A DNA stretch of 64,000 bases, from the IMG/VR virus record IMGVR_UViG_3300020204_000022, positions 8,555 to 72,554 of that record. One strand, written 5' to 3'. The notes beneath the pieces are model-generated. The model did not search any database, was not told where the DNA came from, and was given only the letters and a program-made list of their open reading frames with translations. Numbering within the stretch: position 1 is the first letter of the stretch; every line of letters starts with the position of its first letter. The DNA is from a virus. Positions 38,259-47,573 of this stretch are shown here, in pieces. A program made the position numbers and the translations under genes.

Positions 38259-38371
38259 AATCCAATGGGAAAAAGAATGATTTATTTGATTGCAAACCTG
38301 TCTAGTGGGAAAGATGTACTATCAAATTAGAAGTAATTATAACACCGAATACAGAAAAATTTAAAAGAAAA

Positions 38372-38860
38372 ATGGAGAATAAGAATTTTCAACAATGTGC
38401 ACAGATTGATGTCAATAACGACTATCAAGATTTAAGAGAAAAAGGAAATGATGCTTTAGAACTAATCTATAACATGCAGAAATCGATCCAAGAAGAAGTA
38501 TATGGATACAACTTTGAAGAGATCCGGTCTTCAATTGGAAAGTTAAAAGAATTTATTGATTGGAACGAGGAAGCAATCCGAGACGAGGACAGGGAAATGC
38601 AAAATGCTCTTACCGGAATCCACACTTATCCTTCCTGTTGGAAGCCTTGGAAATCAAAACACAAAGAAGCAATGGCAAGATCCCTTTCGGATTTAACTGA
38701 AGAGGAATTGAAAGAACTTAGATATGAATGGATAGACAAGTTACATTTCATAATGAATGAAGCCATTGCAATTGGATTAACCCCTGAAATGATTACTAAC
38801 TACTATGTTGCTAAGAATAAGCATAACGTAGAGAGACAAAATAGACCAGGCGGATATTAA
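38372..38860 (+). CDS. All-alpha NTP pyrophosphohydrolase (dimeric dUTPase / MazG-like)
   Basis: The acidic helices and ..[48 protein letters not shown] resemble the C-terminal signature of the dimeric dUTPase-type family (..D.LHF..N....lG.t.e.i...Y..KN..N..Rq..GY). Confidence 0.55.
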   Translation: MENKNFQQCAQIDVNNDYQDLREKGNDALELIYNMQKSIQEEVYGYNFEEIRSSIGKLKEFIDWNEEAIRDEDREMQNALTGIHTYPSCWKPWKSKHKEAMARSLSDLTEEELKELRYEWIDKLHFIMNEAIAIGLTPEMITNYYVAKNKHNVERQNRPGGY

Positions 38861-38903
38861 TTTACTAAATCTTACTCAAAACATAAAAATAAATAGAAAC
38901 CCT

Positions 38904-39887
38904 ATGATGGAAGAATATTCGTTACCAGAACCGATCCTACAAGAAAATCCAGATCGATTTGTCATTTTCCCAATTCAACACGATGAACTTTGGTCTCAGT
39001 ATAAGAATCAAATGGCATGCATTTGGACTGCCGAAGAAATTGATCTTTCTTCAGATCTGGATCATTGGAGAAACGAATTGAACGAGGATGAAAAACATTT
39101 CATCAAACACGTTTTGGCCTTCTTCGCAGCTTCGGATGGAATCGTGAATGAAAATTTGGCAGAGAACTTTGTCAGAGAAGTTCAATACACGGAAGCAAAA
39201 TTTTTCTACGGGTTTCAAATCATGATGGAAAACATTCACTCTGAAACCTATTCTTTGTTGATTGATACCTATATTTCTGACCCCCAGGAAAAGCACCGTC
39301 TATTTCACGCCATTGAAACTATTCCTGCCGTGAAGAAAAAAGCAGATTGGGCGCTGAAATGGATTAACTCGCCGCATTTTCAAGAGAGATTGATTGCTTT
39401 TGCTGCAGTAGAAGGAATTTTCTTTTCTGGATCTTTCTGTTCAATCTTTTGGTTGAAGAAAAGAGGTCTGATGCCAGGTCTTTCTTTTTCCAATGAACTA
39501 ATTTCACGGGACGAGGGACTGCACTGTGACTTCGCTGTTCTTCTTCACAATAAATATCTTTCAAACAAAGTTTCGGAAGAGAGAATCAAGGAAATTATTG
39601 TCAGCGCCTTGGCCATCGAAAAAGAATTTATTTTAGAATCTCTTCCGGTGAGACTGATTGGAATGAACTCTGATCTTATGAGTCAATACCTGGAATTTGT
39701 AACAGATAGACTTTTGGTTTCTTTGGGATGTTCGAAGGTATATGGGTCGGAAAATCCATTTGACTTCATGACCAACATTTCTTTACAGGGTAAAACCAAC
39801 TTCTTTGAAAAAAGAGTGGCTGAATATCAGAAGGCGGGAGTTCTCAATGCATCATCCGATGCTTTTGATTTGGATGTAGATTTCTAA
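38904..39887 (+). CDS. nrdB: Ribonucleotide reductase small subunit, eukaryote-like class Ia
   Basis: [67 protein letters not shown] and [15 protein letters not shown] are nearly collinear with eukaryotic R2. Confidence 0.9.
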   Translation: MMEEYSLPEPILQENPDRFVIFPIQHDELWSQYKNQMACIWTAEEIDLSSDLDHWRNELNEDEKHFIKHVLAFFAASDGIVNENLAENFVREVQYTEAKFFYGFQIMMENIHSETYSLLIDTYISDPQEKHRLFHAIETIPAVKKKADWALKWINSPHFQERLIAFAAVEGIFFSGSFCSIFWLKKRGLMPGLSFSNELISRDEGLHCDFAVLLHNKYLSNKVSEERIKEIIVSALAIEKEFILESLPVRLIGMNSDLMSQYLEFVTDRLLVSLGCSKVYGSENPFDFMTNISLQGKTNFFEKRVAEYQKAGVLNASSDAFDLDVDF

Positions 39888-39902
39888 AAAAAATTCATAA
39901 AA

Positions 39903-41090
39903 ATGTTTGTAAAAAAGAGAGATGGTTCGAAAGAAGCAGTCAGATTTGATAAAATCTCAAATCGGATTCGAAAGGTAACCTATGGATTAAATTCTGACTT
40001 CGTAGATGCTATGGAGATAGCACAAAAAGTTATTGCCGGTATTTATGATGGAATTTCAACTTGGGAACTGGATAATTTAGCAGCAGAAACAGCTGCTTCT
40101 TTGATTCCACGACATCCAGACTACTCCATCTTGGCTTCTAGAATAGCGGTTTCAAGATTGCACAAATCTACAAAGAAAAAATTCTCGGAAACTATCCAGG
40201 ATTTGTTTTCCTACATCGATCCCGAAACCGGATTGGAATCTGGTTTGATCTCCGAAGAAACCTATCGGGTGGTGATGGAACATAAAGACACTTTGGATTC
40301 AGCCATTATTCACGATCGGGATTTTAATTTCGAATATTTTGGTTTTAAAACACTCGAGAAAAGTTACCTTCTCAAGATGCTCGGCAAACCGGCAGAAACC
40401 CCTCAACACATGTACATGAGAGTAGCGGTTGGAATTTGGGGGGATGACATCAAAAACACGATTAAGACCTACGAGTTGCTTTCAAATCACATGATGACTC
40501 ACGCAACTCCGACACTTTTTAACGCCGGAACGAAAAAGCCTCAATTGTCTTCCTGTTTCTTGTTAACCATGTCGGAAGATTCTATCCCCGGAATTTACAA
40601 AACTCTTTCCGACGTTGCCTTGATTTCTCAGCATGCCGGGGGAATTGGTTTGGCAATTCACAATGTTAGAGCAACAGATTCTTACATCAGAGGAACAAAT
40701 GGTAAATCAAATGGGATTATACCTATGCTTAGAGTTTATAATGAAACCGCTAGGTATGTTGACCAATGTTTTGTTGGTGAAACTTTGATTAAAATGGAAG
40801 GCGGATTCTCTAGAATTGATGAAATATATCCTGGGGATTTTGTTATCTCTTCAGATGGTAATAAACACGAGGTAATTCAAAATTTGGATTACCCCATTGG
40901 AGATAAAAATTTAATATCAGTTCAAACGGAAGATGGAGAAAACATAGTAACAGAAGATCATCTTTTTTTAGTTGTTAGAAACGGATCATCTATTGACAAT
41001 TTAGAAGAAAAGTTATCTATGGGAATTGTAGAAGCAGAGTGGATTGAGGCAAAAAAATTAACGGATAGCGATATTTTACTAAAAATGTAA
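39903..41090 (+). CDS. nrdA: Ribonucleotide reductase large subunit, N-terminal part fused to an intein N-fragment
   Basis: ATP-cone [22 protein letters not shown] and the R1 core run up to ..NETARYVDQ. At 40767 the sequence switches to intein block A CFVGETLI and block [10 protein letters not shown]. Stop at 41088. Confidence 0.9.
   Translation: MFVKKRDGSKEAVRFDKISNRIRKVTYGLNSDFVDAMEIAQKVIAGIYDGISTWELDNLAAETAASLIPRHPDYSILASRIAVSRLHKSTKKKFSETIQDLFSYIDPETGLESGLISEETYRVVMEHKDTLDSAIIHDRDFNFEYFGFKTLEKSYLLKMLGKPAETPQHMYMRVAVGIWGDDIKNTIKTYELLSNHMMTHATPTLFNAGTKKPQLSSCFLLTMSEDSIPGIYKTLSDVALISQHAGGIGLAIHNVRATDSYIRGTNGKSNGIIPMLRVYNETARYVDQCFVGETLIKMEGGFSRIDEIYPGDFVISSDGNKHEVIQNLDYPIGDKNLISVQTEDGENIVTEDHLFLVVRNGSSIDNLEEKLSMGIVEAEWIEAKKLTDSDILLKM
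40767..41087 (+). mobile_element. Intein N-fragment (107 aa) within nrdA
   Basis: Begins with Cys1 directly after the extein ..YVDQ. Blocks A (CFVGETLIK) and B ([10 protein letters not shown], TxxH) are present. No endonuclease domain. Ends in a TAA stop. Confidence 0.8.
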
Positions 41091-41122
41091 AATTATTTCA
41101 AAGTAAAAATAAAATTCATAAA

Positions 41123-41317
41123 ATGGCAAACATCTTTTTACATCACCCTCTACAGGATGGAGAGCTCCATGAGGAATCATCTGTACTTTCTGTCTCTAAA
41201 TTGAAATTCAATAAGGTAACAAAAGTAGAAAAAATATCAGGTAGGGAAGGAAAAGTTTACGATCTGCGAATTTCTGAGATTCCTAATTACTCTACGAATG
41301 TATCAATTGTTCACAAT
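41123..41317 (+). mobile_element. Intein C-fragment (65 aa) within nrdA
   Basis: Own ATG, in a different frame from the N-fragment. Blocks F/G end in VHN. The next residue (+1) is Gly, from GGGKRKG. Confidence 0.8.
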
Positions 41318-42919
41318 GGGGGTGGAAAGAGAAAGGGAAGCTTCGCCATTTATCTAGAACCTTGGCATGCTGATGTTGAAGATTTTCTGGACTTAAGAAA
41401 AAATACAGGTAAAGAAGAAAGAAGAGCCAGAGATTTGTTTTTGGCTTTGTGGATTCCCGATTTATTTATGGAGAGGGTTCACGAGGATTCTACCTGGTCT
41501 TTGTTTTCTCCATCCGAAGTTCCCAATTTACATGAAAAATTTGGAAAGGAATTCAATGCCGCTTATTTGGAAGCAGAAGAGGCTGGGAAGGCCAGAAAAA
41601 CAATTAAGGCCCGGGATTTGTGGGGCAAGATTTTGGATTCACAAATTGAAACCGGAACCCCATATATTTTGTATAAGGATGCGGCCAACAGGAAATCCAA
41701 CCAACAAAATTTAGGTACAATCAAATCTTCTAATTTGTGCACAGAAATTATAGAATATGCCAGTAAAGACGAAACTGCAGTTTGTAACTTGGCTTCGATC
41801 GCGGTGAATAAGTTTCTGAAATCTACAGACGCAAGAACCTCCAAGATTGCCAGAAAAAAATGCGAGGTAGATCACGAATTGCTTTACAATGTTGCCTACC
41901 AAACAACATTAAATTTGAACAAGGTAATTGATGTTAATTTTTATCCAACCCCAGAAACTAAAAATTCGAATTTCAGACACCGCCCAATTGGCATTGGAAT
42001 TCAGGGTTTAGCTGATCTTTTTGCCATTATGGGATTGCCATTTACATCTCCAGAGGCAAGAAAAATCAACTCTGAAATTTTTGAAACCATTTACTTCGCT
42101 TCTATGTCTGCTTCTGTGGATTTGGCTAAGAAAGAAGGTCATTATGAGAGTTTTCCTGGATCTCCTCTTTGCCAAGGCAAATTCCAATTTAACCTCTGGG
42201 ACGTTACAGATTCCGAACTTTCTGGTAGATGGGACTGGGATAAATTGAGAAAATCTGTGATGAAACACGGATCCAGAAATTCTTTGCTTCTGGCACCCAT
42301 GCCAACCGCGAGCACAGCTCAAATTATGGGAAACAATGAAGCATTTGAACCTTTTACCTCCAATATTTATACAAGAAGAACCCTGTCGGGAGAATTTATC
42401 ATCATCAACAAATATCTTGTGAAAGATCTAATCAATTTGGGTCTTTGGAATGAAGATGTTAAAAATTTGATTATCATCCACAAAGGATCTGTTCAAAACA
42501 TTCCAAACATCCCCGATGACATCAAGGAGGTTTACAAAACGGTTTGGGAAATCAAACAGAAAGATCTTATTGAGATGTCTGCAGAAAGAGGTAGATTCAT
42601 TTGTCAATCCCAATCTCTCAACCTTTTCATTGAAGGTGTTAACGCTGCCAAATTAACTGCCGCCCATTTCCATTCTTGGAAATTGGGTTTGAAAACTGGC
42701 ATGTATTATCTTCGCACTAAGTCCGCTGTAGACGCCATGACTGGACTTGGGATAGACGTTTCTAAATATCAGACAATACCAAAAAAAGAAGAGCCCAAAG
42801 TTTTCAAAAAGACTTTGGAAACCCCAAATGAAGAATTACAAGTTCTGGCCAACCAAACTTTAGAAGATTTAAGTTGTAGTTTGGACAACCCAGATGATTG
42901 TATCGCCTGTGGATCTTAA
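41123..42919 (+). CDS. nrdA: Intein C-fragment fused to ribonucleotide reductase large subunit, C-terminal part
   Basis: Intein blocks F/G ([22 protein letters not shown]) come first. R1 then resumes exactly where it broke: [17 protein letters not shown].., [23 protein letters not shown], and the C-terminal CIACGS redox pair. Confidence 0.9.
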   Translation: [598 protein letters not shown]

Positions 42920-42940
42920 TTTTACATTTTAATAAAAACC

Positions 42941-43159
42941 ATGACAAATATTTTAATCTTTAACACCAAAAAACACACCCTCCAGGTAGAATCTGAATCA
43001 CGACATCTAAGAGGAGTGTACTCTGAAATCATGACCATTCAACTTTCTCAAGCCCATTACAATTTTTATGAGGTTTATCAAGAAAGCCAAGATTCAAGAA
43101 GAGTTCCCCTTTTCAGATTCCCAATTCAAAATACGATTATTAAATATGAGCACAGTTAA
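42941..43159 (+). CDS. Hypothetical small protein
   Basis: 72 codons between nrdA and adk. Overlaps the adk start by 14 nt. Confidence 0.35.
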   Translation: MTNILIFNTKKHTLQVESESRHLRGVYSEIMTIQLSQAHYNFYEVYQESQDSRRVPLFRFPIQNTIIKYEHS

Positions 43160-43787
43160 AAAATTCGACGAATTTGTCCACCTTCACGAAAGAGAGCTTC
43201 CTGATTTTCAGGGCAAGATCTTAGTAATCATGGGCCCTCCTGGATCCGGGAAAGGGACCTTCTCAAAAAGACTTTCTGAAAAAGAAGGTTACAATCATAT
43301 TTCTACTGGGGATTTGATTCGAAAATCGAAGGACCCAGAATTAAAAGCGAAGATTGCAAAGGGCGAGTATATTGACGATGGAACGATGGTATCAATGCTC
43401 AGAAAAGAACTTAAAAAGTTAGATCCTGGAATGGGAATCATTCTCGACGGATTTCCTAGAACGGTTAAACAGGCTGGAATGTTGGACTCTTTGCTCGGTA
43501 AAATGGGATTAGGTCTAAGCCACACAATCTATTTGGATTTGGACGAAAAAACCGCTACGGATAGGATTTTATCCAGAGCCGAAAAAGAAAATCGTGAGGA
43601 TGACAAAGATCCAGAGGTAATTAAAAAAAGATTCCAAACCTACACGGAAAAAACTGCTCCTCTGATCGATCTGTACACCAAAAGCAGAAAATTGAAAAAA
43701 TTCGACTCCGGTGTAGGAATAGATCGTTTATACAAAAAAATTGTGAACCAACTGAATCTCAAAAAAACCGATTCTAAAACAAATTAA
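43146..43787 (+). CDS. adk: Adenylate (nucleoside-monophosphate) kinase with N-terminal leader extension
   Basis: P-loop GPPGSGKGT, ISTGDLIR and DGFPRT, with a short LID. The in-frame ATG at 43146 gives MSTVKKFDEFVHLHE|RELPDFQGKILVIMGPPG, about 20 extra residues before the first beta-strand. Confidence 0.85.
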   Translation: MSTVKKFDEFVHLHERELPDFQGKILVIMGPPGSGKGTFSKRLSEKEGYNHISTGDLIRKSKDPELKAKIAKGEYIDDGTMVSMLRKELKKLDPGMGIILDGFPRTVKQAGMLDSLLGKMGLGLSHTIYLDLDEKTATDRILSRAEKENREDDKDPEVIKKRFQTYTEKTAPLIDLYTKSRKLKKFDSGVGIDRLYKKIVNQLNLKKTDSKTN

Positions 43788-43820
43788 AAGAAACAGGTCA
43801 ACCTGAATCACATTTAATTT

Positions 43821-44501
43821 ATGTCAAAATACAAGGTAGATTTACTGACGGGATTTGTAGAAAACTTCGAAGAAGAAATTCATCTGAAGAATAAAATCGA
43901 AATGTCACATTTTAGCCAGGTTGGTAAAATAGGAATACAGCTCGAAAATTATTTGTTTAAAATTGGGATGGATCTCAAGCCAACAAAATTGGCGGCAGGA
44001 CCCAATCCAACTTTACATGTCAAATTTCGAAGAAAGCTTTCTGATTCATTCCTGGCGGAAACCCTAATTGGATTCTTCGTTGAAAGTGGAATAAAATTCA
44101 AACAGCACCTTCATTCTGGATCCTTTCCTTTATTCACTGTAAAGAATGATACGGTCCCAGAACTTTTGGAAGGGATTGGATATTCTTTATTTTCCATTTA
44201 TTCGCCGAGTTCTAATGGATTTCTCGGAATAAAGTTGGAAATATTAACAACAAATCAAATTGTGAAAATTTTGGATTCGAAATTGGCAAATTTAACTTTG
44301 TTGATTTGGACTGGACGAACTTTAAAAAAATCATCCTTTGCAAATACTCAAAACATACCAGAGGAAAATAGTTCGGATTTCTTGGACCTTGAACTGGTTT
44401 CCGAATCAAAATCAAATCCCATCCGTATAAAGGCGAACTTTACCAAATCTAGTCTTCTGGGTTACACGTTGGAGAAAATTTTAGAAATTCAGAAAATCTG
44501 A
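43821..44501 (+). CDS. Hypothetical protein
   Basis: 226 codons. No domain recognised. Confidence 0.45.
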   Translation: MSKYKVDLLTGFVENFEEEIHLKNKIEMSHFSQVGKIGIQLENYLFKIGMDLKPTKLAAGPNPTLHVKFRRKLSDSFLAETLIGFFVESGIKFKQHLHSGSFPLFTVKNDTVPELLEGIGYSLFSIYSPSSNGFLGIKLEILTTNQIVKILDSKLANLTLLIWTGRTLKKSSFANTQNIPEENSSDFLDLELVSESKSNPIRIKANFTKSSLLGYTLEKILEIQKI

Positions 44502-44518
44502 AATTTTTTCAAAAAATT

Positions 44519-44528
44519 AGATATAAAA
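44519..44528 (+). promoter_or_regulatory. Degenerate GATATA motif
   Basis: AGATATAAAA, 13 nt before ATG 44542. Imperfect. Confidence 0.3.
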
Positions 44529-44541
44529 AGAAAGTTTTTTT

Positions 44542-45789
44542 ATGTCTAAATCCACAAAGAATAAACCAAAATCCAAAAAATCTCCATCTAAATCACTAAC
44601 TTCTTTAACGGGTTTACCCCACAAACAAAAGTTCACCTTTTGTTTGGTCATGATCGTCAAAGACGAAGGTGACACAATTCGCAAATGTCTTGAAAGAGTT
44701 GCACCTTATATTTCCTATTGGGTAATCTGTGATACTGGTTCTCGGGACAATACCATTTCTGAGATCAGGAGTACCATGGAAGAATTAAATATCCCGGGCG
44801 AACTCCATGAAAGACCTTGGGTTAATTTCGAAGTCAATCGAACAGAAAGTTTGGAATTATCCTATGGAAAGTGTGATTATCGATGGATTATTGATGCCGA
44901 TGATTTATTTGAAAATTTAAATCCAGGAACAAATCCCTTTTCAGATTTACCAGACGGAGTAGACTGCTTTCAAATTCAATACAAGTTGAATTCTTTGCAG
45001 TACTACCGGGCTCAAATTGTGAAGTCTGACCAAAATTGGGTTTACAAAGGGGTTCTTCACGAATATTTAGATTTGCCTGGAAAACAACCTTTATATCAGG
45101 CACAAATCCCCAACGACAGATGTTTGGTGAACGCCAATATCTCCCCGTTAAAAAGAGCTTCTTCTTTGGAAGAAAAGTACTCTAAAGACGCTGAAATTTT
45201 GGAGAAAGCTTTAAAGGAGGATCCCACCAATACCAGATACATGTTTTATCTCGCCCAAAGTTATCGGGATTCAAACCAAAACCTAAAGTCTCTACAAGCC
45301 TATGAAAAAAGAGCCAACGCTGGGGGATGGCCAGAAGAGATCTACTACTCTTTGTACATGATTGGAAGGTTGAAAGAAAAACTCGGGAGACATCCGGACG
45401 AGGTCATTCAGGCCTATTCTAAAGCTTGGGAATTCAGACCAGAAAGACTTGAGGCGGTATTTCACTGTATGAGAAAATTGAGGGAGCAAAATCGGTTTGT
45501 GTTGTCTTTCACCTATGGTACGATGGCCATGAAGAATCCAGGAACCGGAGACATCCTATTTATCGAACCAGAAATTTGGCAATGGAGGTTGTTGGACGAA
45601 TTTTCTTTGGCTGCCTATCACACTGGAAATCCGGAAATTTCCTACGAAAAAATGAAACAAGTTACCGAAATGCCTTTTTTCGGATCATTTCATCCAGGGG
45701 AAAAAGAAAGAATCCTCAGAAATTTAGAAAACTTCAAAAAGGCAGCAGCCATGAAGCTAAATTCACAAAATCAACCGGCTTCAGCATAA
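44542..45789 (+). CDS. Family 2 glycosyltransferase with C-terminal TPR-like helical repeats
   Basis: FCLVMIVKDEGDTIRKCLERV..VICDTGSRDNT is a GT-A N-terminus and IIDADD an acidic motif. C-terminal helices (YMFYLAQSYRDSNQNLKSLQAYEKR) look TPR-like. Confidence 0.65.
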   Translation: MSKSTKNKPKSKKSPSKSLTSLTGLPHKQKFTFCLVMIVKDEGDTIRKCLERVAPYISYWVICDTGSRDNTISEIRSTMEELNIPGELHERPWVNFEVNRTESLELSYGKCDYRWIIDADDLFENLNPGTNPFSDLPDGVDCFQIQYKLNSLQYYRAQIVKSDQNWVYKGVLHEYLDLPGKQPLYQAQIPNDRCLVNANISPLKRASSLEEKYSKDAEILEKALKEDPTNTRYMFYLAQSYRDSNQNLKSLQAYEKRANAGGWPEEIYYSLYMIGRLKEKLGRHPDEVIQAYSKAWEFRPERLEAVFHCMRKLREQNRFVLSFTYGTMAMKNPGTGDILFIEPEIWQWRLLDEFSLAAYHTGNPEISYEKMKQVTEMPFFGSFHPGEKERILRNLENFKKAAAMKLNSQNQPASA

Positions 45790-45799
45790 AAGAAAAAAG

Positions 45800-46195
45800 A
45801 TGGAAGTGCTCTCGATGTATCCTGTTAAAAAGTCAGATCTTGGCTTCCATGGAAATTTGTTCGGCGGTCAGTTGCTGAAATGGATTGATGCTGCTGCTGC
45901 TGGATATGCCATGCAGCTGTGTGATTCTCCAAGAATGGTAACTGTGTCCATAGATAAATGCTTTTTCGAAAGGCCTGCAAAAGAAGGTCAACTTTTAAAA
46001 ATTTATGGAAATCCGGCTGAAATCGGCACAACGTCGGTTACAATTTATATCGAGGCAAGAGCACACAACGTGTACACTGGAGATCAGAAAGTAATTCTTA
46101 GAACAAACATCAAATTTGTGAGGATTGACGAGGAAGGAAACCCAATCCCTATCTCGGAACGATCAAAAACCCGTATTTCGGAAAAAATAAAATAA
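45800..46195 (+). CDS. Hotdog-fold acyl-CoA thioesterase (YciA-like)
   Basis: GNLFGGQLLKWIDAAAAGYA..MVTVSIDKCFFERPAKEGQLLKIYGNPAEIGTTSVTIYIEA parallels YciA (GDIFGGWLMSQMD..VVTVRVEGMTFLRPV..GTTSVSI). Confidence 0.75.
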   Translation: MEVLSMYPVKKSDLGFHGNLFGGQLLKWIDAAAAGYAMQLCDSPRMVTVSIDKCFFERPAKEGQLLKIYGNPAEIGTTSVTIYIEARAHNVYTGDQKVILRTNIKFVRIDEEGNPIPISERSKTRISEKIK

Positions 46196-46225
46196 TTTTC
46201 ACAAATCTAAAAATAAAAAATTAAA

Positions 46226-46657
46226 ATGAAACAATTACTTATAATCCTGCTTGTTCTACTTAGCTCAATGTCATTCGCCCAAAAACCTATGGTTGGTTTT
46301 ACCCAAGAAGAAATCAAACATCGAAATAGACTTGAATTTAAAATAACCGAATGGGATGTGATTAGACAGGATGAATATTGGGTAATGTACACTGCTAGCC
46401 CTTACCTTGATATGACCACATTTTATTTCTTTAGATATGGTGGGACAAAAAACTTTTTAGCCAGCCACTCAACAAAAGATGACGATGTTGCGGTTAGGTT
46501 GTACCAAAGTATTATGAAATCTCATCACGATTTGGGGGATAATAAATTTTTAAGTAAAGAAAATAATTTAATATGTGAGTATAATTTTTATAAAGAAACA
46601 AGTACACATAATTTCATTTATTTCACATCTGAGGGTAAAAATATTTTTAAGAATTAA
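46226..46657 (+). CDS. Secreted protein (Sec-type signal peptide)
   Basis: MKQLLIILLVLLSSMSFAQ|KP is a classic n-h-c signal peptide. Confidence 0.55.
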   Translation: MKQLLIILLVLLSSMSFAQKPMVGFTQEEIKHRNRLEFKITEWDVIRQDEYWVMYTASPYLDMTTFYFFRYGGTKNFLASHSTKDDDVAVRLYQSIMKSHHDLGDNKFLSKENNLICEYNFYKETSTHNFIYFTSEGKNIFKN

Positions 46658-46694
46658 ACAAAACACTTATTTGAAATTTTTTTGTTGAAAAGAA

Positions 46695-46704
46695 GAATAT
46701 ATAA
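46695..46704 (+). promoter_or_regulatory. GATATATA-type motif, short-spacer class
   Basis: GAATATATAA, only 3 nt before ATG 46708. Confidence 0.45.
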
Positions 46705-46707
46705 GTT

Positions 46708-47298
46708 ATGCAAATACCCGATCCAGAATTGTGGTCAAAGATCCACAACCAAAAAGTTTTCGAGATTGTTAATTTCGAAAGATTCAATTATCACATAGAT
46801 AACAATCTTTCACTTTCTGAGAGCGTCTTCAGAATTGGTTCAGAATCATGGTTTCAGATGATCAATGAGGCCAGAGAACTTTGGGAAAACAACGTTTTGA
46901 ATTTTAATGAGGATGAACTATTTTTTCTGGAGTCAGATCTAGGTAAAAGAGATTTTTTCGAAGGTGTTGAAGTTTGGCTTGACGTTCCATTTCTAGAAGA
47001 AGACCTACACGAGGCGGAATATAGAGGGAGAAAAGTAAATCTCAATAGACCTTTCAGAACTTCCGGAGGTCCTAGAAAATTTGGGGTCTACACAAAAAAT
47101 GAATCCGGAAAAGTTGTTTTAGTTAGATTTGGACAGCCAGGAATGAGGGTGAGAAACGACGACCCTAAAAGGGCAAAGTCGTTCAGAGCCAGACACGGAT
47201 GCGATAACCCTGGACCAAAATGGAAACCTAGATATTGGTCCTGTAATGTTGCCAGATATCGCAAACTTCTTGGCATTAAATCCAGTAGTCCCTGGTGA
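46708..47298 (+). CDS. Hypothetical protein with basic conserved C-terminal domain
   Basis: The C-terminus ..KFGVYTKNESGKVVLVRFGQPGMRVRNDDPKRAKSFRARHGCDNPGPKWKPRYWSC resembles a recurrent phage/virus DUF. GAATATATAA lies only 3 nt before the ATG. Confidence 0.5.
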   Translation: MQIPDPELWSKIHNQKVFEIVNFERFNYHIDNNLSLSESVFRIGSESWFQMINEARELWENNVLNFNEDELFFLESDLGKRDFFEGVEVWLDVPFLEEDLHEAEYRGRKVNLNRPFRTSGGPRKFGVYTKNESGKVVLVRFGQPGMRVRNDDPKRAKSFRARHGCDNPGPKWKPRYWSCNVARYRKLLGIKSSSPW

Positions 47299-47561
47299 AA
47301 TCCCTTCCGTTCACAGAAGATAAAATTTCTGACGGGATATACAAAAGAACATTTGATCCCTCAACTGAAAGTGTCGAACTGAAGTGGCATCAAGACTCCG
47401 AAGATAGGATTGTGATTTTTTTGGGTAACACCGATTGGATGTATCAGGAAGACGATGTTTTACCAGTTCCAGCCATAGGAGAATTTTTCATTCCTGCCGG
47501 AAAATGGCACAGACTTTTAAAAGGTAAAACAAAATTGGATGTTCTGATTCAAAAATTTTGA
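47295..47561 (+). CDS. Hypothetical small beta-barrel-like protein
   Basis: The GTG start overlaps the upstream stop (GGTGA). 88 codons. Confidence 0.4.
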   Translation: MKSLPFTEDKISDGIYKRTFDPSTESVELKWHQDSEDRIVIFLGNTDWMYQEDDVLPVPAIGEFFIPAGKWHRLLKGKTKLDVLIQKF

Positions 47562-47570
47562 TACATATAG
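47560..47570 (+). promoter_or_regulatory. GATATATA-type motif variant, short-spacer class
   Basis: GATACATATAG, 3 nt before ATG 47574. Confidence 0.4.
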
Positions 47571-47573
47571 AAC

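Noticed and set aside
38264-38329. A 21-codon ORF (MGKRMIYLIANLSSGKDVLSN) just downstream of a GATATATA motif in the gap after polB.
   Set aside because: It is too short, with no supporting feature. It is noted only because the motif otherwise lacks a nearby gene.
44503-44520. The AT-only palindrome AATTTTTTCAAAAAATT after gene 43821..44501, as a terminator.
   Set aside because: A pure A/T stem is too weak, with no GC clamp. It is probably composition-driven.
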